Assembly: GCA_012026655.1 (NCBI GenBank)
Contig: JAAILG010001302.1
Coordinates: 1 to 64,000 of the forward strand
Length of the DNA: 64,000 bases
Reading direction: 5' to 3'
Source: Hydrolagus affinis
Lineage: Eukaryota
The position numbers and the translations under genes are program-made. Shown here piece after piece: positions 13,201 to 26,421 of the stretch. The notes under the pieces were generated by a model. It worked only from the letters and a program-made list of their open reading frames with translations. It was not told the origin of the DNA and ran no database searches. The first letter of the stretch is position 1, and each line of letters starts with the position of its first letter.

Positions 13201-14794
13201 CGTTCTGAGAATGTATCCCAACATTTCCTGACAGCTATCCGTAGAGCAGCATTACCAGAGGCTTTAGGAGGGCCTCTTCAGTCTGTCCTCTCGGCGAGGA
13301 AAATGTGTGGGATTTAGGAGACTTGAGCTGGGAAAATGGGGAGAAAATCAACAATAAATTACAAAATCAAACAGTTCGCTAGGGCCAGCTTGGGTCTGCA
13401 AAAGCTCACATCATTTCTGATCACCACTAGCAATCAAAGACAGGCAACCTTGATCAATTACCCAGGGCTGTATTCAAAGGAACTCCGCAGAGTAGGGCCT
13501 CACACCCATCATCCAGTTTGCTGCACCATCTACCACCACAGGCTGAGGTCTCTGGAGTAAGTCATTACCATGGATTGTTCTGGCTCCAGCTTCATTCGTT
13601 TCTTATGCACCCTTAATGCAATGCAGAATCCGCATCTCACCATGAGCTGAAAGGATTTTGTATAGGAAATTAGGGAAAAAAATGTTTTTCCATATCAGTT
13701 TTTATTGGCAAATCCATTATGTTAATCTTTTGCAAAATAGAATTGTTGCATGACAGCAAACGTCAGTGATAAAAGTCTTCTACCATGAATCACATTTTCA
13801 ATTCTATTTCAGTCACAGACACTGCACCACAGCTTATTAATACTTTCTGTTCTATTAATATTACCAAATTCTATATTCTGCCATGTAATTGCACAGTATT
13901 AGTGGTACTATGAAGGCTATCGCTTAAAAGTAGCAACAGATAACATGGTTACTGCAAAAATAACAGATAATTATAGTTTTGTTTTTTGATGGAAACAAAA
14001 CAACACAACATAGAAATTTGGCATATGTTATTTTTGAGATGTAAAATAATAAATAATGAATCTATCCTGTTGGAAGTGTTAGCCCAAATACACATGAATG
14101 ATTCATTGTTTTTTAGCAAAATTCTATTTTTCCCGCAGCTTGAAGTGACATTTAAACATTTTCACAGCAATGTACTGTATAGGAGTCTCCCGTGTGAATT
14201 TAGTCCTTTCAGCTTTGAATTTATCTTTGAGTTTGCTGCAAACGATATAACTTCCACTGTGGAACTTTTGACTTGGACTTTTAACAATATCGTAAGAGAT
14301 GAATGTCATGACCTGGAAGAGATAAGTTTTTTCTTGTACAGTACTATCAATTTCTGTTGTGAGATACATGTATTGCAGATATAAACAATCCAATAAAGTT
14401 GATGGTTTGCATCAGATCCAGACTGAATTGATCATAGTGCTGCAGCCTCAGAAGCAATGTGTCAAAGTGCTTCAATTGTTGTCAAGTCTAGTGACTATGT
14501 ATTTATAAACAAACGTGTAACTCTTATTTATATTTTTACAGGAGCCCTCTGTTGTGGTAGTTGAAATTATATATGTACTAGCTCACTTGGGATTGCTTAT
14601 GGGTAGCAGGTATTATAAGAAGAGTCAACATATTATGGAGTATATTATGCCCATGAACTATTGTGAATCAATAAACTAATCCAGAGAAAATAGTGTCATC
14701 AAAAAGCAAAGCGGCAAAAGGTACTATCAAATAAATATACAGTATTTCTGCGAATAACAGGCAATATACCTACATTATCAATCTGATGATCATC

Positions 14795-15015
14795 CAATAA
14801 TAACAATAAGAATAATCCTTACTTTTGATACAGCACCTTTCACATTGAGAGGATGTCTTAAACTGCTTCACAAGATTTACTGTGAAATCTCCTTTTGTAT
14901 AGTGCTATGAGATCTTTAACATCCACCTGAACAGGCATACAGGGCTTTGGTTCAATGTCTTAACTGAAGCATGGCACCTCCAACAAAGCAGCACTCCCTT
15001 AGGACTGGAGAGTCC
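14795..15015 (-). mobile_element. DeuSINE (SacSINE1-like), internally deleted
   Basis: L2-type tail plus atgagatctttaacatccacctgaacaggca...tggttcaatgtc...ggcacctccaaca..gcagcactccc, recognisable Deu domain. Confidence 0.75.
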
Positions 15016-16091
15016 TAGTTTGGGGAGGTGGTGAGATTGAAAATGTTGTCAAGGGTGATGAAAGCTACAAACAAATAAAACCAGAAATCGTCAGGTGATT
15101 TTCCCCCTTCCCCCAGTAGCAAAGAAAATGTCCAGAGTGGTATGTGGTGTAGTAGCCTAAACCAATACTGCTCATGTACAAATATAGTTTCTACACTTTA
15201 TAGTAAAATTCTGTGAAGTGCTCTGAGTTGTAGCAAAAACGGCATCAGGCGCTGAATCCAAAGATTGTTATCAGCAATATTATTAACACCAATTGAGAAT
15301 TATAAATCTTACAGGCTATGTGATCTGCAAGGATTTTATTACTTTTAGCAGATTCACTGGTGCTAACAGCGTCCTTGCACAGATACAGAAATCGACTGTG
15401 CGGAGCAGAACATAATAAAAAGAATATTGCACATACGTGATCTGAAACATCCATTACACTGTAAACTGACCCTACTGATCACATATAACTCTCAGGCAGA
15501 ACAGTAAAATATGTCTCTGTACTTCCCCTTTGTATTCTAATCCATCTGAAGGACTCCTGCTAATTAGGAAATTCAAGGTTATACCTGGGTGTTCCAATAT
15601 AATACCAGCTTTAATTGGCCCTGAGACTGAGGATAATTCAATTACAGATCTTTTCAATTTAATTCTTTCCTTTCGTCCTTACTCAGGATTATGCTGATGG
15701 GTTTCAGGTAATGGAACTTAGTGGCTGAGGAAGGGCAGTAATACATGTTTTCTAGCTTTAGCTAATGTGATTAAGTTCCATATAGTTTGTTTTTCTCTTT
15801 AATCTGTCAGAGGTCAAATACTTGTGTGACTTGCTGCAAGCAATAATTGGAAGGCTGCACAAGTAGAGGGTACCAGCACAATTGCTGCTCAGGAATGGCA
15901 TGCACCATAATGGATCATACTGTTATTTTTGACTGGTTAAGCATAAATATAGATGCAGACTATAATTTTAATGGCCACATGTTTGTTTCAATTCAACTCC
16001 CTCAAAATATACTTGTGCTTTGCAATTCCACATAATAAAACTCTGTGGTGGGAGGATGAAACTCTCTTGTTTTGGAAGATAGAAGTGTCCT

Positions 16092-16345
16092 GGGTCCCAT
16101 TCTCCTCATGAAATCGTAAGGGGAGGGAGATGAATTTTTCGGTATTTCTTAACGGGATTTCTTAATTAAGAAACGTCGGAGAACATGTCGCAGACTCAGG
16201 AGGGTTACTCCATTTCAATCTAATTTCAGAGTGGGGTTCCTTCAAGTCGGCAAAGTATATTTTCGGTTACCAGAATGACTCCCTCTATGGATTTCTCAGA
16301 CGCACGTTTGCAGTATTTCTTAATTAAGAAACCATTAATTAAACT
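16092..16345. repeat. Probable MITE relic with internal inverted symmetry
   Basis: Palindrome tttcttaattaagaaa occurs twice (~16158 and ~16316); cgtcggagaa pairs with ttctcagacg; locally CpG-rich. Confidence 0.55.
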
Positions 16346-17589
16346 CACAAAAAAATATATTTTCTGAATAATAGGTGCTCATTTAAAGTAGGGTTCATTG
16401 AAGGTGCATAAATATTCAGAACTTACAGCAGTGTATGAAACAAATTTAGATGCCTTCTCCACCCGACCGATTACTTAGTAGCTGTGGAAGTTCCGGGTTT
16501 CAAAAAACTATTTAATTCTGCCAAATGTCTCCATATTCGAGTTTTGAGAACCACTCCATCATTGTTATCTCTTCCTTTCATTTAAGTCAAAAGAGGGTCT
16601 GAATCCAGTGTCGCTACCCTCTGAGCTGTGAGCAGCCATTCTGTCTAAGCATGGCTGCGATATTATCACAAATGCTTAATCTCCAGAAGGATTGTTATTT
16701 AGGATTTTTCATATCGTAGAAAAAAGTTTGTTTTTTCGGTTGGTGACTTTCTGGCTATCATGAAAATTCAGACACAAAGTCATCTGCTATTTCACTGCTT
16801 TAGTCAACAGTAGTCAGTGATATAACCTGAGGAAAAGGCAATAACAAAAATGCTTCTCCAAAGCACTTAATGTCTGCTTCCAGGAAAGATGAAAGCTGAA
16901 CAGATGAAACAATGAATTAGTGCCTTGAACTGGATAGTGGAGGAGTGGACTTCAGAGTCTGGAGTTTTCCTTCAATTAAAATACTTCATATCAAGTGATC
17001 TTTATGCTTTTGGCGTAATGTTTCAATTGATGCCTCCTTACTAGCTGTCCACTTAAGTAATATTAAAAAGCTGTTAAATAATCAGAGTTACACAAAAGTT
17101 GTACAGCAACATGTAATGAACTGACGAAAATATTCTTAAATGTATTCTTCAAATATTTAACTTCACTGACTCTGGCTAATTTTCAGCCGTAAAGAAAGTC
17201 AAACCTTAATCGAATGCAGAATAGTTAAAACACCATTCAAACGAGAGAGGGACTGAGCACTGAGTAACTTTAGTCAGCACCATACATCTTAATTATGAAA
17301 CTAGGACTAAGCTGTCCAACATAAATTGATACGAGGCATGGAACGTAAAATGGGTGCAGATGTAAGATATATGTAGAATATAGCTCACAAACCACATTCA
17401 TAGTTGTGGAGGCTTATCAACTTGTTTTGCACATGAAATATGGGCTGTGTGGGAGTCAGGAAATAACTTGAAATTAACAGAGAATCCACAAGAGAGAAGT
17501 CTGTGTATATCACACTATCATACTCCCAGCCTCAGTCATCACAAAATAGTTTGTCAAACTCATTCGAACTTGCCATCATTCAAATGGGG

Positions 17590-17835
17590 GAGAAGTTAGG
17601 GTACTACAATTTGACCCAATGCAACCTGGATTAGGGAGGTAAAAATCAGCCAGGGTTTCTGCTCCTGTTTGCTCTGCAGTAAGTCCTTTCTGACTCAGAG
17701 CTCCGTGTGTGTGTGTGCATGTGTGTATGGATATCAATATGCTGCTGGAAATCATTTGTGGAAACTTTATGGATGAGGTACACTGAAAAGTAACTGGTAC
17801 CCAGCAAACAACTAATGCCTTCCAAAGAGAGGGAA
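17590..17835 (+). repeat. Old SINE-like interspersed repeat (related copies at ~20735-20950 and, inverted, ~35470-35700)
   Basis: Shared aaaatcag..agggt...ctcc..tt.gctct.cagt and gcatgtgt motifs between copies. Confidence 0.45.
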
Positions 17836-19121
17836 GCAAACTAAAATAGGAAATGGTGACAACACTCCAGACCAATAAATAATGATCTTTGCATTGATAT
17901 TGTGCCTTTTACAGCAGGAGGATGTCTCAAACTGCTTCACAGTGATATGTATTTGCGGGCAATCAGGATAGTCAATTTGCACATGGCAATGTCCCACAAA
18001 CAATAAAGAGCATTTATTGTAGTGCTTGGAAGAGACTCCAGATCAGCAGAGAAATGCCTAGGATGCATGCCATTCCAAGGCGATCTATTTCATGGAAATA
18101 GAGATTCTCTAGAGAATAAAATAAATGTGAATTTACTGTCTCAAATATGCTTTACTTAGCCGTGTTTCGGAAGAGTCTTTGAAGATCCTTTGGGTGTGTT
18201 TAATCATCATTAAATTGATTTACAAAGTCACTCTTTGCACAAACTGTCTGCAGCAGTTATCAAACTCTATGTGCTGGTGAGTAGCTCAAAATTCATATAT
18301 TACTGTGATATGAGTCTTCTCCCCTCCACTCCCATCTTCCATTTTGTTTTTCCCCTCTGTTACTTTTAACAGAGGGGAATTTTTTTTAAATTAATTTTCT
18401 CTTTCTTCCTCTCACTAGTTGTTTATAGGAATTCAGTAGCATAAATTAGCAGCCACTTTCTTCCTCCATAACAACACTGTATTTTAGGTACAAATTTATT
18501 TTGTGTCTTCAGGGGGTCATCCTATACTTTGACTTTATTATTCATCTAAGCTTCTATTTCTGCTTTGTGATGAAAACGGGCTTCTGTTGTTGCTATCTCT
18601 GAACTGTGTTGAGTCTTTCTCCTGGTTATCTTGGTTTATGTTCTCATCCTAATCCAAGTATTCCCTCAAATTCAAATTAATTGGCATCTAATCTTCTTGT
18701 TGTTGACAGGACATTGCTGGCAAAGTTACCTACCAAGTTTGCTCATATAAAACTCACCTCATTCCTAATCAATTATATTTTGTGCTTCTAGACATCTGTT
18801 TTTACGAGAAAAACACTTTTTAAATGCAAGTTATTATTATCATGATAAATGAGTGCAACATCTGACCTTATTAAACAACTCATCCAAAAATTTTGAATGA
18901 AATTTGCATTCAAGGAGATTTGTATATTGTTTTGTTGATTGTCAATTTTCTTCTCTATTGTCTCTTTCTTTTGCTCTGGAAATGGAAGATCTAGCTAAAG
19001 ATTTGTTATTCTGGAGAAGTAACACCAGCTCATGTCAATGGACACCCAACCAGCAACAGCTATTCAATATGTCAGCACTATTGTCAGCATGATATTTTTC
19101 AGTGTTTAATATCACTGTGTT

Positions 19122-19540
19122 TCAATTCAAGATCCTGGTCCTCACCTTTAAAACCCTCCACGGCTTTGCCCCACCCTACCTCTGCGACTTCCTAACCCCT
19201 ACCAACGTGTCTGCTCTCTCTGCAGAGCAGGCTCCGGCCTGCTTCACATCCCCCGACCCACTCACCCCACCATCGATGGATGAGCCTTCAGCCACTCTGC
19301 CTCTAACCTTTGGAATTCCAACCTACAATCCCTCCAACTCACCCCATACCTAGCCTCCTTCAAGTCCCGCCTCAAGACCCTCCTCTTGACCGTGCCATTG
19401 GTTACCTCCCTTTCCTCCACCCATCCCAATCCCAACCCTCGCTCGGGTCTGAAACACTGAATGACCTGCGCCTTGGGAAGGCCCACTGCCAAGAAAGGTG
19501 CTATACGAATGTAATTTTATTGTTTTTTTGTTGTTGTTTT
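19122..19540 (+). mobile_element. L2 3' ~420 bp
   Basis: FKILVLTFKTLHGFAPPYLCDFL motif, frameshifted; ends gaaaggtgctatacgaatgtaattttattgtt..(TTG)n. Confidence 0.9.
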
Positions 19541-21399
19541 ATCTCTTATGTAAAGAGTTTGTCATATTACCAAATTGCTAGAAGTCAAAGATTCATCCTG
19601 TGCTGCAACACCTTCAGAATTCACCCTAAAAACTCTCCAGTACCGTAATTCGAGGCCTTGCCCTTGGTGTACTGTATCTGCGTACGTATGTCTGAGGATT
19701 GCATTGCAGCACTTTTTGAGAGTCAAGCCTGTGATCCGAATGGACTACAGTGTCAGCTCAGTGGTATCCAAACACTCATGTAAATGACTTCTGAAATAAC
19801 TTTGCATCAATTTAATTCACATCAAACTTAAATCATTCTACTTGGCTGCATAAATGTGGCTTAATTACACGAGTCAGGCTGAAGTCAGATCCTTCAGTCT
19901 GTGTGGATTAAAACATCATTTTGCAGCCAAACAGAAACACGTTCCCAATCACTGCACTTGAATTATTGTTGTGTAGCTCCAGGCTTGTATTAAAATCACT
20001 GAATAATTGCAATCTGATTATTATAATCAAGTACTGCAACAGTAATTACAGGTTACAGTCATTTCAGTCTGCCCTGGAAATCCCATATACCCATCATATG
20101 CATATTAAAAGTTTATAGTGGCGATAAAATTAATGAAGAGGATTGTAAGCCTCTTCCTACCAGTACGGTGTCACACATCTCACAGCACTGGTGAGTTATT
20201 TAACATATTTTTTCCAGCTTCTTCAGAGCATATATATATATATATCCAATATTCGGAGAGGCACCAAATTTGAATAATAAGCACGGCAAACGATTTTAAT
20301 ACCTGTACTCAATTTAAAAATGGCAACAAATAAAAGGGCAAAATAGAATATTTTCTTCCTTTTTTTTGCCTGAAATTCTTGGCTGTCACAGTCCAATGGA
20401 ATACTGCACTTAAAATCAAATGAAAATGCATGCTAGAAATAAATGGAAATTGCCCCAATATTGCTGCAATTAAGTTATTGGGGAGTTGCTATCTATTGGA
20501 GTGAAATAGTCTGAATCTCACTTCTTCACACTACAAACAAATTGGTAAATTAGAAACATAGGATATTATTGGTTTATTAGGTGGCACATTAGTGAGGATT
20601 TAGTTTAAAGGCTATTCTTAGGGATTTTTTAAAAATAATTTTAAAATCCATTTGCCCGACTGTTCTTGCACTCTCACTTGAAACAGTTTTAAGAGGAAGC
20701 TTTCCAACCAATAGGTAAATGAACTCTGTGGCTCTGAGCCATGCAGACCAGTAAGTGTAATCTCTGTTGAGTCACAGGTAAATTGATCTCAGTCAGGGCA
20801 ATAATGGGCAGTACATTTGGCTGTCATTTGAAGTGGAAAAAAATCAGGGTGGGTCCGTGGTTGCTCTCCAGTGACCAGACATCTGTTGAAGATCGCATGT
20901 GTATTGTGAGTAGTTAAGGGCAAGAACGGGCTTGTCTGTGATTTTCACTTTTGCTCTCCTTCCCCACCCCTCTCACACCGATGTTCTGGGCAGAAATTAT
21001 TAGTTTAGCCTCCAGCTTGAGTGCCTTTAATAGGAAGTGATGGGATGAATGGTCACATGAACACATAGTTGTCCATATTTGTCTTATTTTCAACTACACT
21101 ATGATCATTTGTTACATTTCACAGTAAATCTTGTGAAGAGCTTGAAATATACACCTGATGTGAAAGGTACATATTAAATGCAAGAAATATTATTATTATT
21201 TTAATTTTCTGAAGTTTTACAAAAGCTTGTAGAAATTTAATTGTGCTATTCTCTCTTGTTTTGCTGCTTTGTTATAACTGAAAGTATTTTTCTGGATTTA
21301 TTTTGGAAGTTGATGTAATACAGATATTTCAAAAAGTGGCTTCCAAATTAAGATTGAATTTAAGAATTGTTAACAACATTTTAAAGCAAATTTCCAAGG

Positions 21400-21910
21400 C
21401 CCTACAGTTCTTATTTACAGGTTTAAAATTTCTTCTGTGGTGTCTCTTTTCAAGGTAAAGAATTCTAAATTATCTTATCAAACCTCTTGGCTTCTTCTTC
21501 TGCCTGTATGATCAAACCTATTCCTCTCCTCTGCACAGCCTGAGTCCTGGATGTTCCCTCTCTTCCCAATATCATGGCAACCAGAACTGTTTAGGAGATT
21601 TCAACAAGGTTTCCACATGTCATTGATTTTCTTGTGGTATTCAACAAACCTAAGTATTTTAGTATTTTTCCAAAATAGAGATTTCCAAAATATATAGATT
21701 CCTAATAATTTTAGCTCAACATACGTACACTGATTCCAGATCAAACTTGAGCCACCTACATTTTACTGCTTGTCCCCCATTTATCTGTTCTCTTCCCATT
21801 TCCGTGATCTTTCCCCATAACCTTTCAAATCATCACTCTTGATGATTCACCTTTAAACATAGCAGTTGATTCACTTTCAATTAACAGTGTGGTAACACAT
21901 TCCATGTTCT
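21400..21910 (-). mobile_element. Degraded CR1 fragments
   Basis: ccagaactgt, cccataacctt and ggtaacacattccatgttct motifs typical of reverse-strand CR1 3' region. Confidence 0.45.
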
Positions 21911-22411
21911 GTATTGTAGAGTGGCAACTTGATAGTGTTCCTTCATAGTGTTCTTCCCAAACTAAACAATACAGTGCCAGTCTTCAGAGAAAGGGAGTCT
22001 TTAGGTCAGAGCCAGCTGAAAGGGCATTTGTGTGCTTCAGTCAATGGTAGATCTAGGATTTAACAGAGGGGGTCAGCTAGTCATCATTGGTACAGCAATG
22101 GATTTCCTCCTCACAGGTTTTGAATAAATAAAAGGTCTTCTCTCACTGCAAGTAACTGCAGCTGTTGCCAACTCTTTATTTCCCAATTACAATTGATCCT
22201 TCGGGAGAAAGTAATGCATGTGATAAATAACTTCTTTCAGATCCACTGATAAAGAAAATGTATGAGCCTAACCTCAGTAATGTACCAAAAGCAAATGAAA
22301 GCTTTGCTTCTGTGTCGGCATCTTACTTACGAACAACTAAAGCTATCAGCTGTCACTGAAGTTGAACACCAAGTTTATCCCCAGCATAAATACAGCTTGC
22401 TCTCATTGCTA

Positions 22412-22980
22412 ACAGTATGAAAATCAACTGGCGCTTCACAGAATATACTGTAAAGTGAATTGACTGTATATTTGTGGGCGAAACGCGGCAGCCAATTGTG
22501 CACAGCAGTGTCCCACAAACAGTCGTGGATTGCAATGAGCAATTTTTATTATTATGTTGTTTTGGAGGGATTATTATTAGGGATTATTAATATTAATTAT
22601 TTATTAATTAATTATTATTAATATAATAATAATAATTATTAGCCAATTATTATTGGCTGCCGCATTTTGCTCACAAATATACAATCAATTCACTTTACAG
22701 TATATTCTGTGAAGCGCTTTGAAATGTTGATAAGATGTGAAAAGCGCTATATCAAATGCAAGGAGAAAAAAGCATACAAAATCCATTTATAAGGTAAAAT
22801 CAAAAGGCATACTTTCATCAGCGATGACTGCTCACCACTGGAAAAATGTTCCCTCCAGTTGATTTTCATACTGTAGTAAGGAAACTTGCCCAAGGTTTCG
22901 CCCTGTTCTGCTTGGATTGAAACACAGGTCTCACGTTTGTAAGGCGAGTGCTTTAACCACTGAGCTACAGGAGCTCCACA
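22412..22980 (-). mobile_element. tRNA-derived SINE broken by an internal inversion/duplication
   Basis: Body on minus strand 22431-22580, AT-only patch 22581-22650, tail on plus strand 22652-22763, head on minus strand 22875-22980. Confidence 0.85.
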
Positions 22981-23839
22981 TGGGGATTGAATCACAATCA
23001 TCTGACTCAGATGCTATCAATGTTGCTGTTCACTTTGGGGGAATGCATCAGAGGACTTCACAGGATATATTTTAGTGATTGTGATTTTTTGTATGAAAAC
23101 AGCTAATTTGTTTAATTATGGAGAGTATAGGGTACAAGTTGGGAAGAGCCAAGACGTGGGGAGTGCAGAGCGTGAGATGGAATACTACTGGAGTTTAACC
23201 AGCCAAAACTCTGCTACAGGTCTAGGGGTTCAATTATTTGCAGTACGCTATGTTCAGTATTGAAAAGAATGATTGTGGATCCCCCGAGCAATCAATTGCC
23301 TGATTCTCTGCTGCCTCTTAGATCCAAACATTTCAATGCTGTTTTGGGAATTACTGACTGTTTACTCAATTTAGACCTTCCTGATAGCTTGGCTATTATC
23401 AGGAACTTGCCATGTTTGAGGGGATGAGATGGAATTGTAGCCAAGAACTTCTGTTTCAACACAGATTTTTTTAAAATAACTTCATTTGATTTGTAATAGG
23501 GTGAAACTGTGGCATTTGTAATAGAATTCTGTTACCTGATTATCTCCAGGAATAATATTTCCATCCTTATTCTTCAATAGTACTAAGTTTGTATATAAGT
23601 TCACATTCAGTGAATACGGTAGAAATTCTGATCATTCAATCTCATGTTTAAGTGCTCCGAGACACCACCGGGCATGAAGGACTTTATATAAATCCAAGTT
23701 GTTTTTGTACAAAACAGTATTGGAGTATCGGAGGCCAAAATTCCGCCAGTCTCAAGCTGTGAGGATAATTGTTGTTAAAAAAAAAGTAGTTGGTCATCCA
23801 GATATCTGACACATGCGAAGTAAACCCATCACCATGCTC

Positions 23840-24627
23840 ACAACAACAAAATTGCTCTAATATAGCGCCTTTCACGTTGGGAGGACATACCAAAGCGCTG
23901 AACAGTCGGGTCGGGACCCGAGTGGGGGAGCATGGGGTGGCAGGGTCGGGGTAGGGGGAAGGAGAGGGGGAAGAGTTAGTGGGGAAGCCAGAGGCACAGT
24001 CAAAGAGGAAAAGGTCTTGAGACCTGCCTTGAAGGAGGAAAGGGAGGAAGCAAGGTGGAGGGGCTGCGGGATGGAGTTCCACAGTGTGGGAGCAGAGAAG
24101 CTGAAAGCCCGGCCGCCAATGGTTGGGCGGTTAGGGCGGTGGACGCGGAGCAGGCCTGAGCCTGCTGAACGGAGGGTGCGGGCAGACTGATAGGGAGACA
24201 GTAGGTCAGAGAGGCAGGCGGGGGCAAGGCCTCGAATGGCCTTGAAAATGAAGACGAGGATCTTGAGTTTGATCCTCTGGGAGGCGGGGAGCCAGTGGAG
24301 ACGGGCGAGGGTGGGAGTGATGTGGTCGCGAAGCCTGGTATGGGAGAGTACACAAGCTGCAGAATTCTGAATGATCTGAAGCCTGTGAAGGGAGGAGCTG
24401 GGAAGGCCGACGAGGAGAGAGTTCCCGTAGTCGAGCCTGGAAGTGATAAAGGCGTGGATGAGAGTTTTGGTGGCGTGAGGGGTGAGGTAGTAGCAGAGTC
24501 TGGCAATATTGCGGAGGTGATGGAAGGTTGTGCCATTCATGGAGCGGATGTGGGGAAGGAAAGATAGTTCGGGGTCGAACAAGACGCCCAGATTCCTGAT
24601 TGGCTTCGAGAAGTGGCTGATTGGCTT
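23840..24627 (-). mobile_element. 5'-truncated L2 (~790 bp) retaining a long ORF2 C-terminal reading frame
   Basis: ORF 23872-24639: NLGVLFDPELSF..HAFITSRLDYGNSLL..QIIQNSAA..DHITPTLARLHWLP..; frameshift near 24010 (KTF|LFD); (CAA)n tail at 23840. Confidence 0.95.
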
Positions 24628-24649
24628 ACGAATATCCAATGTAGCTGAG

Positions 24650-24950
24650 AGTTCAAATCATCCCACCTACAAGTGGAAATTTCCATGTATTAGAACAGAA
24701 TGTATACTCTCTCCTTGGAGAGACACATTCAATTTACCTAGAGAGGTTGGCTCGGCTATCATCAGCAATGCCTGGAGTACTGCTGACCTGCATAATTCAG
24801 CAACCAAACTTCTGAGAGTTTCACAGAGGGTTGACTCAATTCTGACATTTCTTTGCCAAACATATCAGTTCAGCTCGAAGGAAACCTATTTACCTCTCTT
24901 CAATTCATTCCCCCCAAAGAAGATAGACATACCATTTTAGATTATAAAAA
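24650..24950 (-). mobile_element. Degraded CR1 ORF2 fragment
   Basis: ctctccttggagaga, aatgcctggagtactg, ctttgccaaacata motifs match the reverse CR1 post-RT region. Confidence 0.5.
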
Positions 24951-26421
24951 TTGTAGACTATTCTTAAAATCAGCTTGATTTCTGGAGAGGGTTCTTTTTA
25001 ATAACTTGGGAAAGCTGACTACCAAATTATGACTGCATTTAAGAACTCTTGTGTGATTTTGTCTGTCTTACATTTCGAGGCAAAATGGTTTTTCAGGAAA
25101 AGAGGAAAAGGAATTTCAAACCAAGGAGTTTGGTAACTGGAATTGGACAGCTCTTTGCAATAAACTGACATTTATAATTGAAAGAACCCTGTAGTTGGTA
25201 TAGCACGAGTGTTTTTTACATGAACAACAACTTCCACAATCTAATCTATTTATAAAGTGACTTTGATGCAGAGTAGTATCTTGGAATGCATAAAAGTATA
25301 AAAAGCTTATTACACAAAAAAAGATGTTAACTAAAAATATCCTTTGCAAGATCAGCAAAGGATGACTTTCTTGTAGCATTTCCTGCAGTATGTTTATCCT
25401 TCCTGAGTGCACATTATTTATTGGATGTACTGATAACCTTATTAACCGCTCATTATCTGGTCAGTTAGTCCATTCACTAGCTCTTCTTGATTAGTTAGTT
25501 AAATGTTCTTACCTCAGGATACATTAGGGCTGTGGTGAGGAAAATTAAACTTTTCCTGTGATCAGCAATTAGCCAGATTCAATTTCAATGACTAATATGA
25601 CGGAAATCCTTTACATCACCACCCCCTTTCCATTATTTGATGGATTGAGGTTTTCTTCTGTAAATGGTTGATGCTGACATTGAATATCCAACAGTGGCGA
25701 AAAATAGTGTTACATTCCCCAGCCCTGAGAGCCCTCTCCTTGATGAGCAGAAACAGCTGCTAGAAAATTAATTTATAAAAATTAGCCATTCCAGAGTTGA
25801 AATAGTCTCTATATTTTCCATGCCCTGTGCGTCAATTTCTGCCTGATGGAGTGCTGTAAGTCTCATGTGAAAGCACACGGAGAACACATTACAATGATCT
25901 AATCCATTCAGCTGTATGAAATGATTTGTGCTGCCACATAAAATGGACCATTCCATTCAGTGCTCTGAAGCTCTGAGACTCTTAAAGAATTCTGCTATGG
26001 CATTAGCAACATTGATCTATGTAGGTATTCAAATGCTGACCAAAGTTTGTCATGTTTGACTACACTTGCCTCCCTGTAAGAATGGAACTATGAAACTAGC
26101 AACAAAATGCTCCAAGAGGAGACAACAGAAGAACTTTGATGTCATCCACCCACACTAATTCGTGGAGGATGAATCTGCTTAAATACAAAAGATCCCTCAT
26201 TTTAATCCAGAAAAGAACAAAGTACTGTATTAACAAAATTCTTCCAGACCTACATTTCCATGATCCAAACTATTTCGCTCTGTAGACAACAACTATCCTA
26301 ACGGAACATGTAAAGCTTGCCTTACAGTGGATTCTATCCCTTCCACTCGATCTGTCTCATGGGGAAAGTTCTGCATAGATCCTCTCTAATAACCAAACTA
26401 AAGTCACTCAAAAGTCTTCAA

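Noticed and set aside
13986-14384. 132-aa ORF as a host exon
   Set aside because: TTG start, F/I/L/S-rich composition typical of AT-rich non-coding DNA, no motif, no convincing splice sites
25508-25545. Minus-strand 17-nt microexon-like motif (ttttcctcaccacag|...gag|gtaaga)
   Set aside because: Not a multiple of 3, stops in two frames, and opposite strand to the other candidates; shows that such motifs arise by chance
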